A stretch of 64,000 nt of DNA. Source: Tubiluchus corallicola. Lineage: Eukaryota > Animalia > Priapulida. Position numbers and translations under genes: made by a program. Positions 52,168-64,000 of this stretch are shown piece after piece. The notes beneath the pieces were generated by a model, which saw only the letters and a program-made list of their open reading frames with translations, had not been told where the DNA came from and did no database searches. Positions within the stretch are counted from its first letter, which is position 1. Each line of letters opens with the position of its first letter. Location of the stretch: NCBI GenBank assembly GCA_030141605.1, contig JAQGDQ010000887.1:19571-83570 (forward strand), read 5' to 3'.

Positions 52168-54709
52168 TTTGCAACTGTGGGATAATGGTCCTGAAAATTA
52201 TGGGCATGTTAAATAGACCAAGTACCTCATGCAATATGATGGATATTGTCACAATAGAAGATGTATTTTTTATATTATTCTCTTGTGATGTAGGTAGATT
52301 TGTATAATTAAAAGTAATTTGGCTTTAAATAGTTTTTCTATACATGCTTATTTGTTAAGGTTGCACAAGTATTATTTCGATGACAGAACAATTCTAGGTG
52401 TAAACATTTTTTCTAAGTCACCTATTTGTACAACTTGCTAATTTCATATTCGTCTGAAATGTATGACAGCTAGTGCCACAGTTTTGACAGGCTTCGAAGT
52501 TACGTAGTAAAATAGCTTGGCTGGACTTTCTTTCACATAAAACTTAATGTAGATAAGCATTACTGTCAGTTTTATTCATCAGACTACCGCTACTATTTCA
52601 GTGAATGTTTCTTTAAACTAAAACTGTTGTTATTCTTATTAGAAATATTCGTTAATGTAAATTTTTACCCTTTAATGCCTCTAAATGCCTATAATTGGCA
52701 TATGGTAGCCACTTCATGTATGCTTGAGAGCTGTCATATTCCCAGAGCGAAGCTGGTAATTGCAGCTATTGTCACCATAGCAGTTTCATTTTACGGGCTT
52801 TTATAAATTGGGAGAAATGTTCATGGTCTTTTTAATTCTGAGTAAAATGCTTATGTTGCTGTGGAGCAGAAAATGAAAGAAAGTGTTAGTTGCTAGGTGG
52901 TCATCTTTCCATTTATTGACTAGGCCTAGCATTACTTAACTTTGATCACTAAGGAAACACACTGTACATCCACTCAACTATATCCCTCACCTGTATAGAT
53001 CTAAATAGATTTTTATGGATCTTACTGTACGCATTTGCGAGATTAGACACCATTGCTGTTGTGCATTGTCCTGACTAGTCTATACTCCACTTATCTGCAC
53101 ATTGTATGAATTGGTAACTAACATCAAAATAACATAAAAACTGTGTTATTCTGCAGGCAAACAAGACCCAGATAACACTGTAAGTGTTTTCCGATTTTTC
53201 CTGTGCTTGAAAAACATGAATTTGTTTAAAAATTACTGTAAAAAAGTTAATGAAACAGCATGGTAGCAATATATAAGGAGATAATCGTCAGCTATACGTT
53301 CTTTACTATTTTTGTTCCAGCCTAGTTAAAAAGATATATTTATAATAGAGTTGTTGTTTTTTTTACTTTAATTTGCGTAAATGATATGTGATGATGCAAA
53401 AGAATCTCTCCCAGTAACTTAATTTTTGCAGTTGATTTGGAAGAATTTTAAATTAAATTAGGTTTGTATTGATTATTTGAAGAAAACCAAATGGACTATT
53501 GAAAAAAGTTCATTTACTCAATTCGCTTTGGAATTTCTGGTAGGGCATCTGCAGAATGAATGTCCCTATTGGGAAATGACGTTTATTTCACACAAAGGAC
53601 GCAAGGAAAATGACGCATGGAAGTTCTCTAACAAAATCAAAAAACTAGAAAAAATCGAGGCATTAAAGTTTATTTTATAGAAACTGCACTTTTCTTACGT
53701 ACATCAAATCAGTTCCAGCATTCACTGTCTCTGCAGATTCATTTTTAGAGTAATTGCTAACCACTTTATAGTTTCTGAACGTAAATATTTGATAATTATT
53801 AATATGTGTTATTTGTTAGTTTTCAGGTTATACCCATCACTGTTCCCTTAATATATCAGAAAATCACTGATAAAAGATAAGACAAGAACTTATCATTTTT
53901 TACTGAAGTACATTAATTGTCGTTTGCTAAACAATAAAAAGTAATTAAGTAGTTAAATTTTAATTTCACTTTTGTAAAGAAACCTCCGGAAAATGTGTCA
54001 TGTTTCATTTTTACCAAGTGGCAAATTTCTGTGTGAGGACGGTGTATAGCTTTTGGCTGGTGGCAGTATTTCTCAATATAATGAAAATTCCTCACAAAAC
54101 ATCTGTGTTAAATTCTTCCTTGGAAAATTTGCTGGCGTGCTTTGTGTGAAATGGGCCTAAAACCTACTTAATAAAACCTCTGCTTATGGCAATGTCAGCA
54201 TGTCTAGTTCAAATTAAAATGTCAGCAATGGCAAGTTTTTTTTTATTTTTAACATGAGAAATTAGCAAAACAAGATGGTAAAATATTTCTTTTTAAATTT
54301 ATAAATTCATTGTTTGCTTAAAAGTTTACTTTTTAGTCACACTGCTTTATGAAAAATTTGAATCAAGCATTGTCTGCTCAAACTCATGTGGCTTGCCTCC
54401 CTGAATTTCTAGTGCAAATTAAGTATTACTGTTAATTTAACATTGTTAAATAGATCGATGCCTATATAGTGTCTGGACAATCAAATACAAGCTGAAGTGA
54501 ACAGGCATTATCAGTTAACAGCATTCATTGCTTTAATGTGAAAATGTTTGATGCATGTGATAATGATGCATTACATTTTGCACATTTTATGTAATTGCTA
54601 TATAATAGTATCTGTGAAGAAAAGGATCTCTAAATTCATTAATGTGAGCATATTTTTTGAATATTTGTTTATTAGTGTTAGCATTTGTGATTTTTTTGTA
54701 CTTTTTTAA

Positions 54710-54883
54710 TTGCAATCGTCTAGGTACATGTACTAAGACTCTAATGCACTGCACAATATGAAATTATTGTTATTTTAATGTTTCCTATCATATTTTGCAA
54801 TCGTCTAGGTACATGTACTAAAACTCTAATGCACTGCACAATATGAAATTATTGTTATTTTAATGTGTTTCCTATCATATTTT
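54710..54883. repeat. Local tandem duplication (85 bp x2) between the convergent nicotinamidase and AGK genes
   Basis: TTGCAATCGTCTAGGTACATGTACTAA...TTTCCTATCATATT starts at 54710 and again at 54795. Confidence 0.9.
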
Positions 54884-55484
54884 GGATCTGTTTAGTGCAC
54901 TTTCATCTGGCTGCTATTTTGTGTATAAGTATGATGATTTTCTTAATTTTGCCAATAATTATGGTTTCCTGCTCTTTATTAATTTACAAAATTATATTTG
55001 AAATAAAAGTGCAGAATTTTGTCCAATTTGTCTATTTTCATTTTTATCGTGATTTTACGTTATAGAATGTCATAAATGAGGTGAGGCTTCTCCATATAAA
55101 TATTCATACGAGTAATTTTTACTGTTTTCTGCTCTTCTCACAGCTAACAGATCACTACTGCGACAAGAAAATTATTATCAGATGACAATAAAGGTAAATA
55201 TAATATAACAGAGGAGTAGACAGGAAGCTTTTGTTTATGATTTATTTTATTAAGGGGATAATATATTTAAATATCAGATATTGCAGTCTAATGTACAAAT
55301 GTTAATAACAATATACAACATAGTACCTTTCAGATAATTCGTCACATAGTTTTGAAAAGTTGATAAACAATCCTGCAAAACATGCCTTACATCAGTAATC
55401 AACACATGTAGTACTACACAGTTCAATGAAACTGCCACAGATAGCTGTTCTAAAATGCAAACAATACTCTATGACATACAATTG

Positions 55485-58400
55485 TCAAGATTTTGATGCT
55501 GGACAAAAGAGGTTGATTTTCCTAGGCATTAATCGTACATGGATTGGCATGGCTTCGTACCTCTCGGAATCTATGAAGAACCACTCTTGTTTACCATTAG
55601 AATCCTGCACTACTGGGGTTAACTTAAACTCGCGAGCAGTTATCTGAATGTCGTGGTTTCCAGTTCGAATTTCACCCACAGGGCGGCGTTCCAACTCCAT
55701 CCTATCAATGCATAAAAGATTATTGCACTTTTACTATTGAGTTTTGTACTAACAAATTACAACAAATGTTTAAACAGATTTTGGGGAGAAAAATGGGAAT
55801 AATATAAAGGGCGGTCAAACTTAAAGGAACAGTAACTTTGAAACTAAATTACTATTGCTACTTCACTCAGCAATGCATCATCACAGTAAAAAAGATTACT
55901 TGCTTTTTTTCTGAAACAGCAAACATAATTCTTAAAATTATCATGTAGTCAGCCAACAGAACAAAATAATGAAAGCAGATCACTAGCTCCATGTAACCAT
56001 AAAACCAGCACAGCTATGATTAGGGTTATCATGTTCTGAGTAGTCTCTTTACATTGCATTTTCCTAATATATTTGCATCTATAAATCTCCTAAAATATGT
56101 TTGTGACAAAAAGCATGTTTACACCCCAAAGACACTGATTTTTGAAATAGTACTATTTTTCGAGTACTGTTTTGTTTCCTTTATACATTATCAACTGAAA
56201 ATGCTAAACTTCCAACCATTTTATAATTGTGATATAAAATTCAGGTAAAAAAGTAACAACCACTAGACTGAGTCTATCATACTGTACTGTATGTATCTAA
56301 TTAAGCATAGAAATTGGTCTTGCAGAATCTTAGAAGAATGTATCATTCTGTATCAGAAACTCGTAGAACTATAAGAGATTGTAGAATACATTGCAATTAC
56401 ACTAAACACTTTATGTACATTATGATGAAATAAAACCACTTTTTGTAAACAAATATACTGCAAACTCAAAATGTTAGACACATAATTGATTGCTATCAAA
56501 TAAGAGAATGTGCTCTGTGCATTTTTATAAAAACTCTCACTCACTGTCTGTAAAGTAGTTATAAGATGCAAAAAATGTGCCAGCTAAGTCACTTAAATGT
56601 CAACTTCCCAATAAGCTCGCTTTTTCCTTGCCCCGTACTTCAGAGAAGCTTACAATGCTCCCACAAACCCTGTAGTTGTGTGGACAATGTCACTAGCAGT
56701 CCTAGATATAACACGCAGTACAGACGAAGCATTATTAACATTTTTGTACAATGTTTTACATATTGAGGAACAAGTGTTAGTCTTGAATATTCGTAGATTA
56801 GAATTATTAGCTGTTGATTTATTACTTATATCTAATGTGATCTTGTGCTAAACTTGTTACTTTGTGTAGAAATAGTCAATTCTTATTGTATGTATATAGT
56901 TTATTGTAGTGAGGATCTTTAATCATCTTTCGAAACTACCTGATCTGATCCTATAATAAATTGTTTAAACTGCATTTTTCACAAATAAATGAAATCAAAA
57001 CAATGCAAACTCTATTGAACATTTCACTCACCCGTGTTTTATGAATTGACTTCTGCTAAGATCACTTGGAGAAATGTACAAAATCAATGATGGCGGTTTA
57101 CCCTGAAAGACAATATAGATTCGTACAAAAGGTAATTCTGAATAGAGTGCGGAAGGCATTCTTATAACTCTTCATGGACTAATGCAGATGATGTGCAGCG
57201 GATTATCTGATACGACTACTGTTATGTTAACTTTCTGTGGCAACATACACTTTCTCAAAGTCTATCATAAGAAAACTACATACATTTACTTGCAATTTCA
57301 AAACAGTAATAAAGATATCACATTCTAAAGTAATTTTGCAATCATATTTCTCTTAAATATATTACAAGTTGGTTTATAACCACCTCTTGGCTCCTAGACA
57401 AAAAAACTTTAATGTAAATGAAGTAAAAATGAATGAGACGATACTGTCATTTGTAATTATCTGTAACTGAAATTCTACAAAGGCAACTATACGTAACTTT
57501 GTAGCACCTCCATCTACATTAACAAGACAAGATTAATCTCACTGTTGGGAATCAACCATTTTTAATTGCAATCAACTTGTCACAAAATGAAAAAAACATT
57601 AGAGGTAAGACTCTAGATCAAGTCTGTTCCAGAAAAGACAGCAGTTAAACACTAACAGAATGCTGAATATTCGTGTTTTTCTTTATCTTGCCATAAAACA
57701 TGACTGTACACAACAGTGCATATTTTAATTAGCTAAGCCTCCCGGCTATCTATACAGGCTCAGCTAGGCACCAATAGACAAAAGTATTTTTTCCTAAATA
57801 ATGTTTTTGTGTGTGTAGTTTGGTGTACACTGCAAACATATCTAAAGTAAGAATCAGCACGCAGAGTACGTGGCAGAATTGGACTGTAGCTCAATGGCAA
57901 TGAAATCATACCTAAATTCTAACAACAAAATTAGCTAACTTAGCCATAAGGTAATGTAAAATTCTGAAGGCAGCCTGGTAGTAGTGTGACTTACCAACTC
58001 ATTCTCTGATTCCAAGCCATTTCTCGTGGCTGCAGTGAAACATACTGTTTCTAAGTCTATAGAGTGCCATACACCACATTCTTCATTTTCTATTTGAGAA
58101 TAATCTGCTGCAACTAAAGAGTAAAAATGCAACTTTACTGCAGAAAGTAATGATGAGAAACTAGAATGAATGAAGCCAGATGCCTTATTTAAGATACTGT
58201 GTAAACACAATGCACAAATAGCACTACAGTTACACAGTGATTTCAGTTATGTACAAAAATGAGCACTAAAAGAGAAATTTGCAGGCAACTTACACAAACA
58301 TATACCGAGTAACAGATAAGCTTCATGGCTATTTATTAAAGGAAGTGGCTGTAAAAAATTTGAAAACCAAGACAAGATTTCACCCAACACCTTTCAATGC

Positions 58401-61400
58401 CTTGTTTCCAAATGTTACATTAGAAAAGTAGCCATTACTCAGTTGTTTATTAATTTCCTTGTTACAAGTTTACAATCATTATTTCAGGGTACAACCAGTT
58501 TGTTAACTAGGCAATTCTGTGTTTAAGCATTTAAATTAGATACAGTTGTAAGTAAATTAAAATCAAATATGTATATTGATTTTATTGGTTATGAATTTTG
58601 CCATTTATGTTGGAGGTAAAACATCCCTCATGTTTTATTAGATACTATTAGATACTGCACTACAGATACAGAAGTATATGAGAAAAAGGCATTATCCACA
58701 TAACTGAAAACAATTCAATCACAACCATTTAAGACACTAAATCTTTGTTTTTACATACCTACAGCTGGTTCAGGCTTAACAAACATACTTCGCCAGTCCC
58801 ACCACTTCTTTGGCGGGGGAGGTGGGGGTGCTTTGTAACATGTGCTGCAACCATCGCATGGTAACACATACTCAAGCTTGGCTTGTACTTGTTGTGGCCA
58901 TTCCTGTAAAAATATTTTTGAACTACAGTAATTTCAGGCATGCAGTGCTGGACATCAGTTGAGAAATGTGCATTTTATGGAAAAAAATAAAACTAAAGCA
59001 TGCAATTTGTTGAATTTTGCTAAAATAAAGTATATGATAGGCTTACTTACCATAAGGTGAGACTTTGTAGGCTATTGGTCACTTAGGTTTTTTATTAACA
59101 TAAAAGTCCAAGTTGAGAGTTTTCACAAATACCCTCAACACTTTTAAGTGGAACTATCATAACAAACAGAAAAACACTAAATTCTGCTTCTTTACCTTTA
59201 AAGAAGAAAACATATAAGTGGCCTTTGATTTGAGCGGTCCAAGATACCAATACTTCGTAGCTCTGTCAGCAGCATCTCGCAAAGGACCCCACTGTAGACC
59301 ATGCACGGCAAACACTGGCTTGCCTTGCTCTCCCTAAATGTTATATAATTCTAATACTAGATAAGCAAAGAAATAACAAGGAAGGACACAAGTAATTGAT
59401 ACATGGCTCTGTGAAGCATCATACCATTGTCTAATATGCCAGGACTTTCATTTGCAAATGCAGTAACAGCAGTTTCAAGAAAAAATCGCATTGATAAGAT
59501 CTCAAAACAAAAGCGACAGTAATAACTCCCCAATTTAAAATTACACTAAAGAATAAAGAATACAAGCAGATGCAAAATGCACTTTTAAAATATGCCTAGT
59601 GAACAGCAATGTAAGTACATTCGTATATTTAAATACTGTTAATATCTTCTTACTTGTGTGTATCTCTTTTCAAAGCACTGTATTTACAAAATTCTTTTCA
59701 AAGCACTGTATTTACAAAAATGAAAGTTGTACTACACACTGGTTCATCTAGGTAAAATGACACCTGAGTTATAATGGACTGCTTTTACTTGTCTGATCCA
59801 CTTTGGTCATACAGGACAAATCCTTCATAACAAAGTTATGCATCCAAACAGTGACCTTAAATGGGCAAGTGATACACTGCGCTGTATAGTGCATGTTTAC
59901 TTTACCATATTTTATCACTCATTAAGAATCTCCATAGAAAATACGAGTCACGACCTAGCGGGCTAGAATCTGCCAACAAATGAGTTTCAATATTAACTCA
60001 CCTCAGCTTTAATGCTTTGTACTTTTTATGTGTACAGTATGACGGGTCTTTACTGAAATGTTATTACTCTACTGTTAAATAAACATACATTGCAGGACAT
60101 TTTAAAACTTTATCTACAATAAGCTAGATTCCACAAATTAATGCTGCTAGACTGATTAGTTTGTTGCTATAGTAAACTGATCTGTGAAACGCTATTGTAA
60201 TAAGCTGGATTGAGTTTTGATTACCGCTTCGTTTTGATCACTAACGCATATAGATACTGCAAATTTATGTGCTATCCAAAAAACTTAATAATTCAGATCA
60301 ACAATACATGCCCCCTTCAAATTGGCACATTCATTTATTTATTTTGCAAAGCAGCCATAATATAAAATAATAGCCTTATACAAGTCTATTGAATTTTAAA
60401 TATTTAGACACTTATTCTATCCACACATGTTATCAGAAACTTATAAAGTTATTTGTGCCAAAACTGTAATAGTAAACAGCAGCAGGACTTATCATTAAGG
60501 GAACAGGTTTAAAAACTACTTATATTTTAGTTAACACTTCAATTCCAGGGTTCAGCAGACACAATAGATACAAAAACTTAGCTGTTCATGTACACTGCTA
60601 TTAGATGAAATTTCATGGCAAAGACAAGTTTACCAACTAATGTTACATCATTTCTTACGCAAGTTAAAGGAAATTACCTGGTATTTGCAAAGACCAGTAA
60701 GTGGCTTAGGTTGACTAAATAAGCGTCTCCATTCGCTGGTTGTGTTTTTCAGAAAGACCTGCTGTATATGAGAGGCTTGTCCTTTGGTTACAACGGACTA
60801 CCCTTCTCCCTAATTAGTTTGTTACAACAAGGGTTTGTAGTACCAGAATATAATGTGTTTAAGCCTAGTCTCAAGACATCTGGTTAGTAGTTGTTCACAT
60901 TTTGTTGCACGGTGAAATAAATAATACAAGATAGCGAACTGCCTGAAATTGCCTATAATCCAAAAGTTTCTGTCTAATGTTTTAATTTTAGTGAAAATAA
61001 AATTTTCAAACAAACCTACGGTTATGTGCATAACATCAAATGGCTTCTTTTCGCCTTTTACCACACTCATCATGGCATTGCCAAACCAACCAGCTTGTGG
61101 TTTAAGATTTGGAAACAATCTATGTGCCATTGTGTTAGTCTTTCCAACAGGTATGATACCTAATGGACACTGACGAGCCTCTTCAGCATCTGCTCTTCTC
61201 ATCAAACCAGTGACAGCCTTCATAAAAAAAACAATTTTACAATTACCTGTCCTGAACAAGTCCAGTGGCACTCAAAATAAAAGGCTGTCTTTGAGAAAAT
61301 TAAAGCTGACTTAGTTTCCAAAATGAAAACTGGTAAGCACACGCTGACTAACATCACAGGTGGTAAGAACAACTCATTCTACAAATAATTTTTTGTCATA

Positions 61401-63146
61401 CCAACAAACTGTATTGACCAACAAAGCAATTCGGAAAACTGAGCAACACCATTGGCTTTGTTAAGTACTAATTTAACGTCTGCACTTTCCAAAATATCTG
61501 GCAATTGTTGTTGTACACTTACAGTCAATGACAACAAACTATAGACACTGCTAATTACAGTGTCTGTAATACAGACACTGTTCACTTGGCTACATTTATT
61601 GATGAATAACTTCGGAGAAATATTGAATGTACGTTAGAAGCTGTTAATAATAATAATTATTATAGCTTGATAGAAAACAGAGAAACCAGTATCAACTGAT
61701 ATTGCTTTAAACTTCTGTGTGTTTAACCTTACACATAATAAATTGCATACTTATGTTGGTAATAGTGCATAAGCTGAAATGTGGCAATGTAAGTTCCAAG
61801 GTCATAAACGTTAACAACTTGTACATTTCTCTTCTAGATTTTTTTGTCATTAATCGAGTGATTATTTTTATACTCTTTAGCACACTTCAAGTGGGAAACC
61901 AGCACTTAATGTCAGATTACCTACTATTGATACTCTGACACAATAAATAGTAATGTGTAATTACCACAAGTAACCAGCAACCTTTACCTTTACCATCTTT
62001 AATAATAATAATATTACTTTAAAAAGAAATTGTCATTTCCTCCAATAAAAACCTAAATGCTCCACACACCTCTACACTAATCAACTACATCCCCTACTAT
62101 CTCTAGTAATGGTCCAACTATTACACGTACCTCCTGTAATGATCCATCTCCTCCACCTATAAGAACAGCATCAGTCTTATCAATAATTTCCATGAGCTGT
62201 TTCAACTGACCTTCATGCTCCGTCTGCAAAAAACAATTTGCATTAAACATTTCAAAATATACCAATCAAGGCATAAAAAATGTAAACGATACAAACTTTT
62301 ATGAAATTTAGCAATCATTATTAATGTATAATAAACTCTAAATGTTAGTTCAGTTTACCAATTAAGCTGAGCGATTTTTGCTAAATGTGATGTTATTACA
62401 AACTAGTGAATACGATGCAATCAGCAAAGTTTTATCTACTCTAACTGTAAGCATAATTATGAGTGAAATTAATTAATCTCGCAGCAAGCATCATTACCAA
62501 ACTTACAGTTTATAATTGTTAAATGTCGAGTTTTGACTGCTTAACTGCTATAGACTGATTGTTACTATATTGTTCTTGTACCTTTACAACGGACACTTGA
62601 AGTCCAGCCAAATGCAACAGCGGAGCAGCGTACTTCTCAAATTGCTGCCTAGCAGTGCTGAAAAAAGAATCATAAAAATCAGATTTGGATTAAAATGACA
62701 TTGCAAAAACACTAAACAAAATATATCTAACCTTAATAATTCGGCTAAAACATGTATCCATATATAAAAGCACTCATGACTTCCAATGCCAGAGCTCCAG
62801 GTACTAGAACATTCTTAAGCAATTCTGTTCAATATAAAGCTCCTAGAAATCTAATATCTCCAGAAAAAAACTGGAGGCAAAACATCCTCATTTTAAATAT
62901 CTTTTCGCCAGTTTTCTTCAGAAAACAAATCTGTGAATCATCAATAACAATACCAATTTCAATTAATTAGCAATATAATAATGCTTGAAAATCTTATGAT
63001 AACCTTGCAGTTAATTGTTAAAACAAATATGAGCAAAACACCAAAATAAGTTCAGTTTACACATACTTGTCTTTAGCTGCTGGATTAAGAAATACTGTAA
63101 CATGTCTAGGTTGCTCATTAACTGCAATAGGATCTTGTCCATATAC
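55485..63146 (-). CDS. AGK: Acylglycerol kinase (AGK/MuLK), 5'-partial; exons 63146-63067, 62657-62582, 62223-62131, 61217-61020, 59333-59196, 58903-58759, 58113-57995, 57102-57032, 55701-55485
   Basis: [76 protein letters not shown] and [24 protein letters not shown] match recalled AGK motifs. All junctions are GT-AG and in phase. The N-terminal exons lie beyond 64000. Confidence 0.93.
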
Positions 63147-64000
63147 CTAAAAAAATAGTGAGTTGTCATACAGTAAATCCAGTTTTTTCTTCTGGACATC
63201 TTACCCATAGAAACCTCTACCAGGAAATTGTTTTCCTAAAAACAACAACCTATTCAAGAAGAACAAGAACTTATATCACTAGCAAATTATAATTATGAGT
63301 TCATTCTGTTCCTGTAGTTCACGTTTTTACTGTAGCACCTTATCATGAATGGGTATTGGCCTAAACTAACATACAGAAGTGAGCTATAATCTAACTACTG
63401 CTACTGTTAGTCATTACAACCAGTCAATTCAAAAAGGTAGTGAAAAGCTAATCATATAACAATGTAATAATGTACAGTGCACTAATTTAGGTAATAACTG
63501 AAATAAAAACATAGATAACGATTAAAGAAATGTTTATAAACATATAGATTCTATTCAAGTTATCTCGTCAGTCGAATGCAATAATTTGTCTTCTCAATCT
63601 ATACCATCACACAATCTCCCTCTCTTTCTGACCACAGTGCCTCTCCTCTCTCCTCACTACATTTCTCATTCCCTTTCTCTCTCTCTCCTCTTCCTTGTTC
63701 TAGACTCTCCTTCTTCCCATTCTCTAACCGCTTCTTTACCAAAACAACTGTTTGGAAAAATAAAAGAGAAGTCTCCCTTAAATAAGAAAGCAAACCTTTG
63801 CTATCTCGCAATACTTTCGTTTTTCTTCAGCTTCCCTGAAAAATACAGTGAAAAAATGTCAAATCAATAAATTTAAAATATTAAATTTTAAAATTTAATT
63901 ATATTGTATTGTATCTCATTTTTAATTTCGCTCCATCATAACCCTGTTAGTTATGTACAGTGGTTCTTATATAAATTTATTGACCTTGCACACCCTCCAT

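Overview
AT-rich, intron-containing, scaffolded eukaryotic DNA with two N gaps. It is most consistent with an invertebrate animal, because it carries a nicotinamidase (absent from vertebrates) together with BEL/Pao, Gypsy, CR1/RTE-type and Tc1-like elements. Host genes reconstructed by eye from splice sites and reading phase: a 3-exon galactose-3-O-sulfotransferase-like gene (-), two paralogous ~70-aa Cys/His-rich membrane microprotein genes (-), a 4-finger C2H2 zinc-finger gene (-), a 9-exon EF-hand/nicotinamidase gene (+), and the 3' nine exons of acylglycerol kinase (-, 5' end outside the window). The 11-26 kb region is a transposon nest. A young BEL/Pao LTR element sits inside a decayed Tc1/IS630-like transposon, which itself lies in the intron of microprotein gene 1. 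An internally deleted Gypsy element sits inside a decayed CR1-like LINE. The most interesting unexplained items are (i) the microprotein pair, which I cannot assign to a family (NHCLHC-hydrophobic hairpin-CCC, conserved gene structure), (ii) a chimeric 5S-rRNA-head/RTE-tail retroposon (SINE3-like) just upstream of the sulfotransferase, and (iii) a 142-bp-arm palindrome in front of the nicotinamidase start. No database searches were run; family assignments come from recalled motifs.
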